DNA of 64,000 nucleotides from Marsupella aquatica (GCA_973895155.1 OZ316897.1:584515-648514); one strand, 5' to 3'. Shown: positions 38,673 through 52,194, counted from the first letter of the stretch. Translations and numbers: made by a program. The notes: generated by a model not told the origin, from the sequence alone.

Positions 38673-41600
38673 CTACTTGTGATGCAATTGCAAAACCTGC
38701 AATACGTCACGGTGTCTAGAGAAACTCTCCAAAGGAATCACTTTGGTAAATGCGTCAGCCGGGTTGAGTTTACCATCAATCTTGACTAGCTCAAACAAAT
38801 TATCAGACACAGCCTGCCTGATAAAATGGTACCTGACGTCAATGTGCTTCACTCTGCTGTCCATCACCTGGTTCACAGCAAGGTGGAGCGCACTTTGACT
38901 ATCACAATGGAGCTTCACATTCCCCTGTGGCAATCCCATTTCAGTGATAAGTCTATCCAACCAAATCGCTTCCTTTGCTGCTTCCGCAGCTGCAACATAC
39001 TCCGCTTCTGTAGTAGACTGAGCAATACACTTCTGCAAAGTAGACCTCCAACTTATGCATCCACCGCCAAGTGTGAACACGTATCCTGTTGTTGATCTCC
39101 TTCGGTCCAAATCTTGTCCATAGTCAGAATCTACATAGCCAATCAATGATCTAGCATTCTTTGCATTCACATCAAATAAAAGACCATGATCCACGGTACC
39201 CTTCAAGTACCTGATAATCCACTTCACTGCTTCCCAGTGTACCTTCCCTGGATTCGACATGTACCTGCTCACCTTGCCCATAGCCATGGCAAGATCAGGT
39301 CTAGTGCAAGTCATCAAATACATGAGACTCCCCACTGCCTTGTCATATGGAACCTTTGACATCAACCCCTTCTCTGTGTCATCCGTAGGACAGAACGCTG
39401 ATGATAACTTGAAGTGTGGAGCCAACGGGGTACTTACTGGCTTGCTATTCTCCATGTTGAACCTTGCAATTACCTTCCTCGCATAACTGCTCTGCGTCAA
39501 CCATAGCTTGCCAGCCTCCAAGTCCCTAGTGATCTCCATACCCAAAATCCTCTTAGCTGGCCCTAAGTCCTTCATCTTAAACTCTGCACTAAGCAGTGCC
39601 TTGAGCTTAACAATCTCAGACCTATCCTTGGCTGCAATTAGCATGTCATCCACATAAAGTACTAAAACAATGAACCCAAAGACAACATTCTTCACCGGTT
39701 TCAAATACACACAAGGGTCAAATACACTTCTGTGAAAACCTTGTGACCGAATCCAATCGTCAAACCGCTTGTTCCACTGTCTTCGTGACTACTTCAACCC
39801 ATACAAGGATTTCAGCAATCTGCAAACCAATTCCTCCTGTCCTCTCTTCACAAAACCTAGCGGTTGTCTCATGAAGATCACCTCTTCCAATGTGCCATAG
39901 AGGAAAGCTGTGACAACATCCATCTGATCTAGGAGCAGACCAAACATTACAACAAGTACACACAATAGTCGTATTGTAGAGTACTTAGCAACTGGTGAGA
40001 AGACCTCATTGTAATCCACACCTTTCTCTTGTGTGAATCCCTTTGCTACCAATCTAGCCTTGTAGACCTTCGATCCACCTCCTATGGAATTATTCTTCAG
40101 CTTGTAAATCCACTTGTTGTCCACCACTTGATGACCCTTAGGCAGCTTAACAAGCTCCCAAGTTTTGTTGTCCTTTAGTGACTGCATCTCCGTTTGCATT
40201 GCTGCAGTCCACTTCTGCTTCTCTTTTGAAGCACTTGCCTCATGAAATGAAGAAGGTTCTCCTTCTTCCAAAATTAACGCATCACCCTCATCATCAGCTG
40301 TAAAATCATCCTCTTGCAGTTGAGATGAATCAACCCACTGTCCATACCTTGATGGAGCGCGTACAGTGCGACCAGATGTTCTTCTAGCCGATGACTCCGG
40401 TTGATCTGCGTGTGCTGGTACAATTTGAAGCTCAACAGCATCCACTTGTTGCTCACCAGCATCAACAAACTCCTCTGGTTCCTCTGGCATAGGAACCAAC
40501 TCCATAATTGGAGCAACTCCTTCTCTCCGGTCATGCACCTCATAACCAATCTCCCCCTCAACGAGATCCGGGATAGGAGATTTTCCTTTGTCAGTACGGG
40601 AGACCTGAGTATTCTCCCCCTCCTTCAATAATCTGGATTCATTGAAGGAAACATCCCTACTGACAACGAGCTTACAAGCAATAGGATCCCATAGCCTATA
40701 GGCTTTCACACCACTCTGGTACCCAAGAAAAACACATTTCCTGGAGGTAGGATCCAACTTGGTCCTATTCTGCTTTGGTGTGAGAGCATATGCATCACTT
40801 CCAAAAATTACCAAGCCATGATAGTCTGCTTGCCGCTTATAGCGCATCTCAAACGGCGTTTTGAAATTGATAGCACTAGAAGGAGAAAGATTTACCAAAT
40901 AAGCTGCGGTATTGACAGCTTCTGCCCAAAATTCTTGTGGTAAACCTGATTGGCTCAACATACTCCGTGACCGCTCCAACAGTGTCCGATTGAGCCTCTC
41001 AGCGACACCATTCTGCTGCGGAGTATAAACTGTGGTGAGATGGCGAGTTATCCCCTGTTCTGAACAGTACTCTTCAAATTCCATTGAAGTGTACTCCCCG
41101 CCGTTGTCTGACCTCAGACTCTTCACCCTTGTATCCAAACACTTGATCGTGTTTCCAGTCTGATTCTCCACCTGGGCCTTCCACTTCTTAAAAATGGACA
41201 AGACATCAGACTTATGCGTCATGAAATAAATCCACACAAATCTTGAGTAATCATCAATAAATGATACATAGTACAACTTTCCAGAGTGTGAGGGAGTCGG
41301 GGATGGACCCCACACGTCACTATGTATGTACTCAAGAACCGCTTTGGAACGATGAGTTCCAACACCAAAAGCACGACGATGTTGCTTTCCAAGAATGCAA
41401 TGCTCACAAAACTCTAATTTACAAGATTGCAAATCAGAAATGAGTCCATTCTTCCGTAAGATAGCCAAACCCTTCTCACTCATGTGGCCTAGCCGTGAAT
41501 GCCACAGTTGAGTCATCTCCTCGTGAGACTTGGTTACATTGGCCTCTCCACATATAGTATTGCCCTGTAACACATACAAATTCTTTTGTCTACTCCCCTT

Positions 41601-42980
41601 CAAAATCACTGTCTCTCCCGACCTAACTTGAAGTTCACCATCAATAACGCTCCATTGATGACCATTTGAATCCAACACACCGAGTGAAATCAGATTCTTA
41701 CGCATGCCAGGTACATACCTGACTCCGGACACTGTGCGCACAGCGCCATCAAACATTTGAATCTTCACAGACCCAATTCCCTCAATTTGACAGGAGTGAT
41801 CATTTCCCATCAGAACTGAACCGTTTGAAACAGAGTAAGAACTGAAAAACTCACGAATGTAACAAATATGAAAAGAGCAAGCACAATCAAGAATCCACAC
41901 ATCATCTACTCTCCTAGATGACGTGCACAGGGCATACCCCCGGCTTCATAAAACATACTCATCATTGAGTAAATCAGCTTCTCCATCAGCCCTAGCCACA
42001 TTTGCCGATGAAGTTTCCGCTGCCTTTCCCTTACAGTCTCGCTTGAAGTGTCCAACTTGGTTGCACTTCCAACATGTCACCTGCCTCCTCTGAGGGGATT
42101 TACCCTTGGACTTAGATCTGGATTTAGATCTAAACTGGGTTCTACGGTCCCCAGTTGGTCGCTGCATACTCCTCCCACGGTTAACATTGAGGGCAACTCC
42201 AGATGATGAAGGCTGTGACGTGATGTGCATCTTCTGCTGAAGATCATCACTAAGCAGAGAACTTACCACGTCATTGTATGAAATGGTATCCCTATCACGA
42301 TGCAACAACACTCGTGATAGGGACTGGTAAGGTGGAGGCAATGAACTAAGAAGCTGCAGAGCCTTCGTCTCATCATTCAAAGTCTCCCCAAGGTTTTCCA
42401 AGTCAACGACCATGTCGTTGAAAGCATCCACATGGTCTTGCAACTTCGTACCAGATTCCTTCATCCTGAAACTCATCAGTTTGTAGGAAGTGTAGAGCCG
42501 GTTCGACAACTCCTTGCGGTGATACTTGCTCTACAATTCCGCAAACAAGGACATGCAATCCTTATGTGCACCTAACTGCTTGATGATGGGAGGCATGAGA
42601 TAGAGTGTAACACACCACACTCCCTGCTCCTGCATGCGGTCCCATTGTTTCTCATCAACATCGTCTTCACGAGGGCTCAGCAGTTGGCCCATCCCTGACG
42701 CATAAAGCACTCCCTTCACCTGCTTCTCCCATAGCAAGTAGTCAGAGCGCCCATCATACTTTGTCACTTCATACTTGGGTCCCCCAAGCTTGAAAGTCCC
42801 CATCTTCTTCTTTACCGTGAGCTCCGGTAGTAGTACTGCTTCCTCCACCACACGCCGCACCGGTGATGGTATCGGTGTCACGTGCTCTTCCTCCTGCTCC
42901 TCTCTCTGCCCCTGAAACCTCCACGGTGATCCTCGTGCTTCAAGTTCCACGTCTTCGAAAAACTCCTCCGAATCACTCAT
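38673..42980 (-). pseudogene. Copia gag-pol polyprotein in one frame, three in-frame stops (42531, 41946, 39789)
   Basis: Gag zinc knuckle CWKCNQVGHFKRDC, protease WILDCACSFH, GAG-pre-integrase WHSRLGH, integrase HSDVWGP/RSDNGGEY/QQNGVAER, RT KARLVAKG/MDVVTAFL/LYVDDML, RNase H YVDSDY..RRSTTGY/KHIDVRYHF. Confidence 0.95.
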
Positions 42981-45325
42981 ATGAGAAAGTCACAAAAAAT
43001 GTTGTTTTTCACAACTTCTCAAAAAACTCGAAACTCAACACCGCCGCGTAGCCCACAAAGCTAGGAGTCCAATACTGAAAACCAAAATCAAAATTGAAAT
43101 TTGACGGAAAAAGTTATTCAAATTTTGGTCGAGCTGGGTAAAACCTTGGGAAACTCCCCCGTTTTGACCACCTCAGGGAATAACCGAAATACCAAGTACA
43201 ACCCGTTGTCGGAATTGCGATGTGATTGGTGCGCTGCATTGCCAACTTCAATGGCTACGACCTCGCCAAAAAATAACCAAAAAAGTTACCGTTCGGCGGA
43301 TGAAATCTTTGTCGGACGGTCAAAAAATAGCTCTCTGGTTTTTTGGAATATTCTATGACCCTTGTACAGGCCCTGTGGGAATTTTGGAAGAACAATCGAG
43401 GGGCTGACATGTGTCCTCGAACCCCCAAAACCCCCTACCACCCTTCGTCGTCGAAATCTGGTCGCGCGCGCAGAAAATACACACGGCAGAATGTACCCCT
43501 CGACACCAAACGCAAGATATCTCACTCGGGTTTTGACGAAATCAAGATCCGATTTCAGATTTGGAAACTAGACTCCGAGGCGATGAAGATCGATATAAGA
43601 AGCACCCAAAACGAGGAAAGAACGAGGGAGAAAAAAATTGGTAAAGATGACAGATTTCTCTCAATTGCCATAGCCAATTTCGAATCAGTTTTTCAAAGAG
43701 AAAAAAATGGTACCTTGTCAACAACGAATGTTGATCAATTGCACTTGGTGCCGTCACCAAGTCCAACAAGGTAATTGATTTTGCTTAGCCTTCCTCTTTG
43801 CATCAAAGAGCCAATCCCGGACTCAAAAACAATCGTCTTGCCTCAATCTCTCCGTTGAGTCAAAACACTTGACGCTTCTCCCTCCGAGTCGATTGCCAAC
43901 TTTCTTCACAAAATCCAGAACGACGAAAACTTAGATCTCTCTGCACCACGAGCTCCGTTCAACGATTTCTTCACACCGTTAGAAAGCTCTTGCCCTGATC
44001 TATCCGTTGAGCCCATAAACTCCAAGTTCCATGCGATGGAACTCTGGATAATCCACCAACACTCAACGCTGGAAAAACCGTCATGAAATCCCGTCACGAA
44101 CACACGTCACCTCCCAAGCATGCTCTGATACCAATTGTTGAGCATAGACGACGATCGCAACGGCAAGCCCATGAACCATCCAACGCACAATAGTCGACAC
44201 AAGAGATACGTGGTTCACCTCCTTGAGGCTACGTCCACGGGAACACACAAGAGAGCTTTACTGAACTCTAAGCCCGTCGGCTATACCGAGTCTCCACAGT
44301 GTAAGCTCTCCCTATCTCTCAAGTGGCTCCATAACAATGAGCCTTGGTTCTACCTCTCCAAGCATACATGCCTCTTATGATATAGTGTGCAACTTAGTTG
44401 TACCTAACCACATAGTTGTACCTAATCACGTAGTTGTACCTAACCACATAGTTGTACCTAATCACGTAGTTGTACCTAACCACGTAGTTGTACCAACCCA
44501 CGTTGTTGTACCAACCACGTCATACCTAACCTAGACGTAAGAGTAAATACCCAACAGTACTGAGTACTGGGTACTTATTGGTACTTGGTACTATGTACTC
44601 AAGGTACTATGTACTTAAGGTACTGAGTACTAGGTACTTACTTAGGTACTTGGTATTATGTATTGAGTACTAGGTACTCAAAGTACTGAGTATTTGGTAC
44701 TTAAGGTACTTAAGTTGGTACTGCGTACTTATGGTACTGAGTACTTGGTACATACGTAACTAGTACTGGTACTTAAGGTATTTAATACTTGACTAAGTAT
44801 TATGTACTAGGTACTATGAGTATTTATTATCAAGTAGGTACTAGAAAAGGCATTAAGTATTAGCAAATAAATATTACAAGTATTAGCAATAGGTATTACA
44901 AAGAAGAACTAGTATTCGGTAAGGAGGAGTTGCAAGTTTACTTGCCACTGAGAATCATGGGCCATGTGCATTGCGCAGTCATCAAATTGAACACCTGCAC
45001 ACAATAAACTAGATTGGTCAAAGACATGAATCAGTGTACAAGAATGTCACAAAGTGCCTTTTCACAGAGTTTTGAGATTGAGGGACCAACATCAAGTGAG
45101 GACGACCACCTCATAAAACATTAGCATCTGCGCTTTTAATTTGCTTACCTAGAACTTTAGGAGTACAGGTTCAATTCAACCACACTCGGATTTCCTCTGC
45201 AGTCAATAAAGTTGCAATTAGAATTAAACCAGCACAACCAACAATCTACCCAATGTAACTATTCTCTTCCAATGAGTGTCTTTAGTGTCTTCAATAAACA
45301 GATAAATATTGGCAGTGAAAGAAAA

Positions 45326-45647
45326 TTACCTGTCCGCTGAATCCAAAATTGCTTGATAAGTGTTAGGGGCAAGCTTGAACCCTGGTGATCCCCTCAGTAT
45401 TTTTGTTGGCACAAGTCCAAATTTTATGTGAATCACGGATGCCACATCGGCATAGCTAATGCTAGATTTGTCGTTACGAACAAAGCAAGTTGGATGCCTG
45501 CCATATTGCTGAAACCAAGTGCCTGCCAAAACTCGATCGCCCTTATAAAATTCAGCGGAATAGTCGTCTATGAAATCATTTTCAACAACATGAGCCTTTT
45601 TTGTACACAAAAGAACGTAGAATTCTGCTTTCCAAATGTTGTCTTCT
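45326..45647 (-). pseudogene. Displaced C-terminal part of the inner Sola2-like transposase
   Basis: EDNIWKAEFYVLLCTKK...DRVLAGTWFQQYGR...IHIKFGLVPTK continues from FAVKAEEDNI (53754) and aligns to the C-terminus of 59662-60336. Confidence 0.88.
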
Positions 45648-45873
45648 AGGAGTGTCTTGTTTAAGGATTTGGACTGTGAGAGAGTTGAAGAGAGCTGAAG
45701 AAAAGGCGGAGCTGACAGACCTGGGTAACAGTAGGTTAGAAATTGACTGTTGGATTGCTGAGCCCGTCATCTGGCTGTTGTGTTGCGGGTGGATGCCTCG
45801 TTGCAGCTGGGTGTTTTGCTTCCAATTGACTGTCTTTACAGGAGTTTTGGTTATCGGAAGTTTGAGTTACTCG

Positions 45874-46658
45874 CTAACCAATATTAGGGATTGAATTTTG
45901 AATGTTCCCAGCTGCTACTGATTCCACAAGCCAAGCATATGAAACCACAAACACATTATGGGACATGACATAAAAGCGAATGTCTCCCTTCCCAAACTTG
46001 CGGCAGGCTTTGGGATATGACTTAGTAATGACATGAGTGGTGTCCTCTGTTATATTCTCCTCAACTGTCCCACCTAGGTCAAGCACCGTGGACTTGTACA
46101 CTTTGCACTTAACCTCTCCAATTCCCGCCTCCACAAATACCATGCTCAGCCCTTTCAGAATGGGGGTTGGTTGCTTCGTCTCCTCAGCCAACATACTCTT
46201 CAGCCTTCTAGAGCTCTGTCCTTTGTTGAGTACAGGTCCATATTGGACATCAGCAAGCCGTGCCTTTGCTTCCCAGACTTCTTGTTCAGCCCAAGCTGAT
46301 GCAGTAGCTTCTTCATCCTCCACAGCTCATATTGCTCAGTATCCTGTACAATCTGATGTGCCATGGAATCTGTGATCCAAGAGGCCTCAACTACTTTTAG
46401 GCCTTGCTTAGTAATTGCAGAATTCATGTAGGACCATGACCACTTCTTTATCACTGATAGCCATGTCCCTGCAACAACATGTGTAGTCTCTGGAGTGATG
46501 TCCTGAACTACAGTGCCATGGAGCTCAGAGAATCGTTTCTGTACAGTTGGCCAATGCACTTTGGTCAACCCATGCTGGCCATGGACCAAAATGGCTCTGA
46601 CCCCTGTAAACACTATTGGGTGGTCACACTTTCTACGTTTCCCAGGCTCCATGTACAC
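45874..46658 (-). pseudogene. Tandem BRCT-domain protein (frameshift near 46325)
   Basis: BRCT1 IVFTGV...LHGTVVQDITPETTHVVA...VVEASWITDSM. BRCT2 ILKGLSMVF...LGGTVEENITEDTTHVIT...VVSYAWLVESV. Confidence 0.85.
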
Positions 46659-47244
46659 ACACCCTACGTGATGACAGTGAATTTTGGAAGAATGGGTTCA
46701 CCTGACAATACAAGGACAACAAAATTCCTGCTTTTTGAGTTGATCTGGCCCACTGGTGCTCAGGTCCGATTTTGATAGGTACAAGGGATATGTGAACAAT
46801 ACGTACTAGGCACCTGCACGGATGCAGGACATTGTTTGAATATATACTACAAAATCCATATCGAAGGTGAAATGAAGTGCAACCAACTTGTCATGGCACA
46901 TACATATTTTGTTGTAAAGGAGGATACGTTCAATGACAAACTTATAGGGCAATTTGATTAATCGCATGCCTGATAATTTATACGCTTACAACTTAGAAGT
47001 CCTGTTTTAATTTAGCAGTTTGATGAAAGTGTTTATGAAAATGACCACTCAGCCTAAATACTTCCAAGAAGGCTTGTAAGGATAAGTTTTTATAGGCATG
47101 TACCCAGCCACTGACGCCAGAGCACAAGATAAGTGCTGCCTATATAAACTCGCCTACCCAACTCCTTTTCAAAATTGGAATCTCTGCAATCTCAAAAAAT
47201 AGTACATCCACATCAGGTGCACTGTGCATGTACAATGTTCAGCT

Positions 47245-47820
47245 TCACAGCCAAGATATGTGATCTCTCACAGGAGTGTGCGAGGTAGGATCAATGGCAT
47301 GGCGATGACAATAAAATATCCATCGATCAACACCATGTGCATAGTGATCATAGATTTCTCTATCACAAGCATAACCCTCTGCTTGACGATCTTTCAGGCA
47401 ATGATAGTGCCACATGGTGGGACACCTAGCACAGTGGACTATGTCAGTCCAGTACTCATGATCATGCTCACCACATGCCTTGCACCTATGAAGTGGGCAA
47501 GCTGTGGCATGAGCAGGCAAACACTCAAAACAGAAAAATCTCACACAAAAACGGTCTGGACATTTCCTAACATTTGCTGCAGCATCAACAGAGCCCTCAT
47601 AGGACCCCGACTTCCCACACTGTGCACACTTAGCCTGCTTCTCCAAACAATTAGTGCACATCCAGTCTCCCTGGTGTGTTGACGGGAGGCCCACCCCTGG
47701 ACAGTTGTTTTCTGCAGCAAGGTCAGACTCCGGGTTGAGGTGGAAATGCCTCATGCAAGGGCCCTCACAAATGACCAGGCCCCCACCATCGTCACAAATG
47801 GCACAACAATGAGCTGCCTT
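47245..47820 (-). CDS. EDM2: EDM2-type composite PHD-finger exon
   Basis: CAICDDGGGLVICEGPCMRHFH...WMCTNC...KCAQCGKSGS...CPLHRCKAC...CARCPTMWHYHCL...IFYCHRHAIDPTSHTPVRDHI mirrors the EDM2 PHD region (CAICDNGG..CEG.C.RSFH ... CPLH.C ... C.RCP..YH..CL ... IYC..H.ID....TP.RDH). A homologous fragment, not the full host gene. Confidence 0.8.
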   Translation of the reverse strand, partial: KAAHCCAICDDGGGLVICEGPCMRHFHLNPESDLAAENNCPGVGLPSTHQGDWMCTNCLEKQAKCAQCGKSGSYEGSVDAAANVRKCPDRFCVRFFCFECLPAHATACPLHRCKACGEHDHEYWTDIVHCARCPTMWHYHCLKDRQAEGYACDREIYDHYAHGVDRWIFYCHRHAIDPTSHTPVRDHISWL

Positions 47821-48697
47821 CTAGAAAATCTGACTTGCAGAGAAGTTAGTAGCATCTGCCCCAAGTACACCTGTGTTTCTCACCTCTGTCACACGCTTTT
47901 TGGCTTGAATTTTAGGTCGTGCCATGCCTGCGCATGAGATAGACTCTACAGTTTAGCAGACTGCACAGAAAGTAATATATATTTAGCATTTAAGGTACAA
48001 AGGCATTTAGATAGACTCTACAATTTAGCAGACTGCACAGAAAGTAAAATATATTTAGCATTTAAGGTACAAAGGCATTTGCTACTGCAATGAATTGGAA
48101 TGGCCACACAAGGATGCAGAGCAGACATACTTTTGGTATGTTGAGCCCACATACAAACCTGATCCCCTAATACAATTGCTCCACCAACACCTCAATTTTA
48201 ATTGTGGCTATGATTCACCAAAGGAGATCTGCAACAACATTTCATGCATTTGAATCACATACAATAGTCGTGACATGTAAAACGCGCATTCTTCGAAGAG
48301 GATTGGTATGAAGCAGTGTCATAAGGGTTGAAATTTATACATCCTAAATAGGCTATGATAGTGGCTGAGACAAATAAGTGATGCATAAATCACATTTTAC
48401 AGGTTATCACATGGCCCATTAATTCATTGAACGTTGCAATGTTCACCAGGTTAAAGCAGTCATGAAAGCAGTCTTTCAATAGAGACTTTTATGCGAGTTT
48501 GCTAGCCTCTTAAATTAGGATATTTTGCTTAGTGCAGGCATAATAGGATATAAGTTATGTACTGTTGACCCTAAACCTTGGACCCAAAATTGCTCATACA
48601 TCAAAATTTTAAGTAAATATCCTCTGTCTTGAAGTCAGAGTGTTAAGCTATAGGTCAATGGTATCTGGTCTGTGCATGCGGTGTGACAAGTGGTCCT

Positions 48698-49147
48698 CTA
48701 GAGCATGTGATCCAAACATGTGTAGACACCAAAGTCACCGGTGGTGGGGTCTGGGAGGGCAGGACAAGTGACATCACCAGGCACACTGCAGGATGGCGAG
48801 TGGTTCCAGATGATACATTGTGCTCTGTGCAAAAATCGGCATCCAAGAGAACGGTCATCCAATTCTGGGCCAGAAGCCCTACAGGCAAGACAGTCATATT
48901 GGCAACTGTGTACACACCCTTGGCACCTAATTTGTGGCGGGTCATGTACAAGAGACACAAATACCAAGGATGTCGGGAAGGGTACTGAAGCAGGTAGAGG
49001 CCGGCTGTAGTTGTTCCTGGAAACAACAGGGTACTCAAAGTACCATGCAGACTGGGCTGGAAGGATCCCAAGTCTGACATACTCAAGGCGCAACATCTCT
49101 GCCTTGCGTGCAAGTCGCACATGTTCAGCGTTGCGGGTCCTCACCAT
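48698..49147 (-). CDS. Cys/His-rich protein with a degenerate PHD-like finger
   Basis: CQGC..CQYDCLAC...GCRFLHRAQC...YTCLDH, co-oriented upstream of the EDM2-like exon. Confidence 0.45.
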   Translation of the reverse strand: MVRTRNAEHVRLARKAEMLRLEYVRLGILPAQSAWYFEYPVVSRNNYSRPLPASVPFPTSLVFVSLVHDPPQIRCQGCVHSCQYDCLACRASGPELDDRSLGCRFLHRAQCIIWNHSPSCSVPGDVTCPALPDPTTGDFGVYTCLDHML

Positions 49148-50155
49148 AAGTGTTGCTTTCGTTGTGATGTCCTCTGTTCACGTCCTTTGATGAGCAAGGT
49201 GAGCAGGAGGTCGACTTGCCTCGCCAACAGCAACCACCTAAACTAATCAGTTCTCACTCATTGTCTTGGTTCCAACTACAGGTCATAGTATACACATAGC
49301 ATGAAACGTGCATAGTACATATTTGATTCTGAGTTTATGAGTTTCCTAAGACAAAGAGCTTGGTGATAAACCCATATTCTCGACGGACATGTATATCAAT
49401 CGTATTAAAATCCTGTTTTTTCATCCAGAAAGACCGAAAGTCTCACCTTGCAGGTTGCAGCAGAGAGAAAATTCACTGGTTGTCGTGTTGTGCAAGTGAA
49501 CCTCCACTGATGCCCCCGGTGTAGCCCCTCAGATGCAGGTGACACTTACCAACTCCCAAGTTGCCTGGTCTAACAGAAAATGCTTATATCTTCATAACTT
49601 TATAGAGCAAGTACATGATCACATACTTCTGGATCTATTCATATTTGGAACTCTTGCCAACTACAACTCCCATTATGCACAAGCTCACATCAACAGAGAA
49701 AGATACAGAATGCATACTTACTAGGCTCTAAGCACCTTCACTACCTTGTTGAACCCAGTCCTGAAGTCTTTTCAGCGTGTTTGTTGTGTTGTCTCCTTTG
49801 GCACCCAACACCTTAGTCCTTGATGTAACAGAATGCAATTTTACAAGTTAGATGCTTTGGAACCTTCTATGGTCTTAGCTGAATTGATGTCATCGTAAGT
49901 GGTGAAAGACAAGGAAGACGAAAGCTGGTTGAAGAGCTGTAGACAACACACTAGCATGAAGTGCTTCAACCAATCCACTGCCAAACGGAACTCTTACACA
50001 GTCACATTCTTTCAGTAAACAGAAACTCAGTCAAACTTCATAATCAAAGTACAGACTTTGAAGGACCAAAGGAGGATGTTGTGAGTTTCTCTGTTGTTTA
50101 ATGTGTTACCCTTCTAGTTTCGAAGTTAGCAAATGCTGAATAATGTGTCTACCAG

Positions 50156-50497
50156 ATCTTCGAAAAGAAGCCCACCACAATTAAGAACTTCGGTATCTGG
50201 GTGAGGTATCAGAGTCGTACAGGTTATCCCAACATGTACAAGAAATATTGTGATACCACATTGAACATCGCTGTAGAGCAGATGTATGATGAGATGGCTT
50301 CTTGTCATAGAGTTTGGTTCCCTTGCATCCAGATCATCAAGACTACGACAGTCCCTGTCTCTCTGTGCAAGCGAGAAAGTACCAAGCAGTTCCATGATTC
50401 AAAGATCAAGTTCCCCTTGACGTACCGCAAGATTCAACCTCCATCGCGAAAGCTAAAGACGACTTACAAGGCCACCAAGCCCAACACATTTGTTTGA
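50156..50497 (+). pseudogene. RPL18A: Captured 3' exon of 60S ribosomal protein L18a (eL20)
   Basis: [59 protein letters not shown]...[18 protein letters not shown]. Begins immediately after a CAG acceptor; the N-terminus is absent. Confidence 0.93.
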
Positions 50498-52194
50498 GTA
50501 GTGCGGGTGCAAGTTCCCAATTTTGAAACAATTTGGCTCATTTTATGTCCCGAGGGACTCCAGGAGTTTATGTATTGAGTTTCTAGGTCAGGATGCTTAA
50601 TATAAGGAAATTCAATTTTCACTTCGTTCCCAGCTTCTACTAATTGAATATACACGAGATGGAAGCAAGAAGATAAGCCACAATCTAGCATCTTAGCCAA
50701 ACACATTCGTCCCGATAAAGCAAAACTACAATCACACAGTGCGAGTTGTGTCTGCACCGGCACCCCCAGTGAGACTGATCAGCATTTGGACTGCATCATT
50801 GTCTAGAGCTAGCAGTGGAAGGAATCAACATAGCTAGCAGTGGAAGGTGCAGTGGAGATAGCATGGGGACAGGGAAGGAAATGCAGGTTCCTTAAGCATA
50901 AATTTCCAAAAATGGAACAACAGGAAATGAAGAATAGGCACTGAAGTGGTCAACTAGACAAACGTTGTAACAAGGCAGCAAGCATTGGATTAAGAAGAAG
51001 CAAGGTTTCATCAGCAGAAGCAAGGTTTCATCAACAATGGCATTGTGAGACAAACCACTCCTTACAAATTTCTACAGACATCCTCCCCACTTGCAGCTTC
51101 TCGGCCAGGCTGGATTTCTTGTAAGATAGGTTTCTTGTAAGAAAGATTTCTTGTTTGGTGAGGAAAGATAAAAAAGCAACTGATCAATGCCTTCTTGTCA
51201 TCGAGCTGGATGCAGCCCTGTCTCACATTTAATGTTAAACTGAATGAAAGACATTATGCGCATACACAAAAGAAAGACATGAATATAATTAAGGTAGGTT
51301 TTAAGGAGCGGAGTCAGCAGTCAGACTTAGAAAGTTCAAATTGAAGCACCATTAGTTTGGCGTGGTCAAGAGTAAATAAATGTTGGTCAGGGATACTCAC
51401 CTCTTTTGAATGTATTACTGACTCAGCTAAGCCCAGCTAGACAGAAGTCACTCAGACCCACAAAAAAGTGAAGATCCACCTCCAAGCCGGAGCTCTATCA
51501 CTTCAGTAGAGCAGCTTCTGGACGGAACCAACTCTAATCAGCCCCACAGAACACAAATGTTAAGGCTCCAAGTCAGAGCTCACTTCAGCCGAGGTGGACA
51601 TCGCAGCTAGACCATTCAGTATAGGCAGTATGGAGCCTGAGACTACGCTCATTGTTCAGAATTGAGGTGATGAAAGTGAGTTGGCATCAGTGGATACAAT
51701 GAGAGGGGAAAAAATTCTGACCAAATCGCACCTCTATAATCAGAGAGGTTCTATTTCCAGGGAACTCATTCATTGACCAGAGTAATATGGCCCACATTTA
51801 ATTAGACTATGATAGACTCTTCCTCTGCAGACTCAAACTCGAGGAACCCCCACGGATGCCAGCATATACACGAGCTAGAAGCAAGAAGACAAGTCGCAAT
51901 CTAGCATCTTGGCCAAACACATTCTTCCTGGCGATAGTAACTGCAAGCAAGGGGGAGACAGGGAGAACAAGGAGAATAGGGAGGCAACTCACAATGGAGC
52001 TAGGTAGCTCATGATCAAGCAACTTGCAATTGCAGCAACAGTAGTCTTAGTAGCAAGCGATTGAGCTCCAGGAAATGACAAACCCACAGCTGAGTCCTCA
52101 ACTGACAAAATGTTCGCCACTCGACCCTCCTTCCAACTGCAACCGCCAGATAGTAGGAATAAGATAGAGAGGTTGCAGCCTTCTCAGTGATCCA

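Larger units (their letters stand above)
38061..44556 (-). mobile_element. Full-length Ty1/Copia LTR retrotransposon (6,496 bp)
   Basis: 421-bp LTRs at 38061-38481 and 44136-44556 (TG..CA, one difference seen). TSD GTACT. PBS TGGTATCAGAGC (tRNA-iMet) at 44122-44133, PPT at ~38482-38493. Gag-PR-IN-RT-RH order. Confidence 0.97.
37860..44900. repeat. GGTACT/GAGTACT palindromic minisatellite (37860-38060 and 44557-44900), split by the Copia insertion
   Basis: Units like ggtactgagtactgggtacttaa occur on both sides of the Copia. The TSD GTACT is part of the unit. Confidence 0.85.

Noticed and set aside
47939-48080. ~72-bp direct duplication
   Set aside because: Ordinary local tandem duplication in intron-like DNA, with no further structure.
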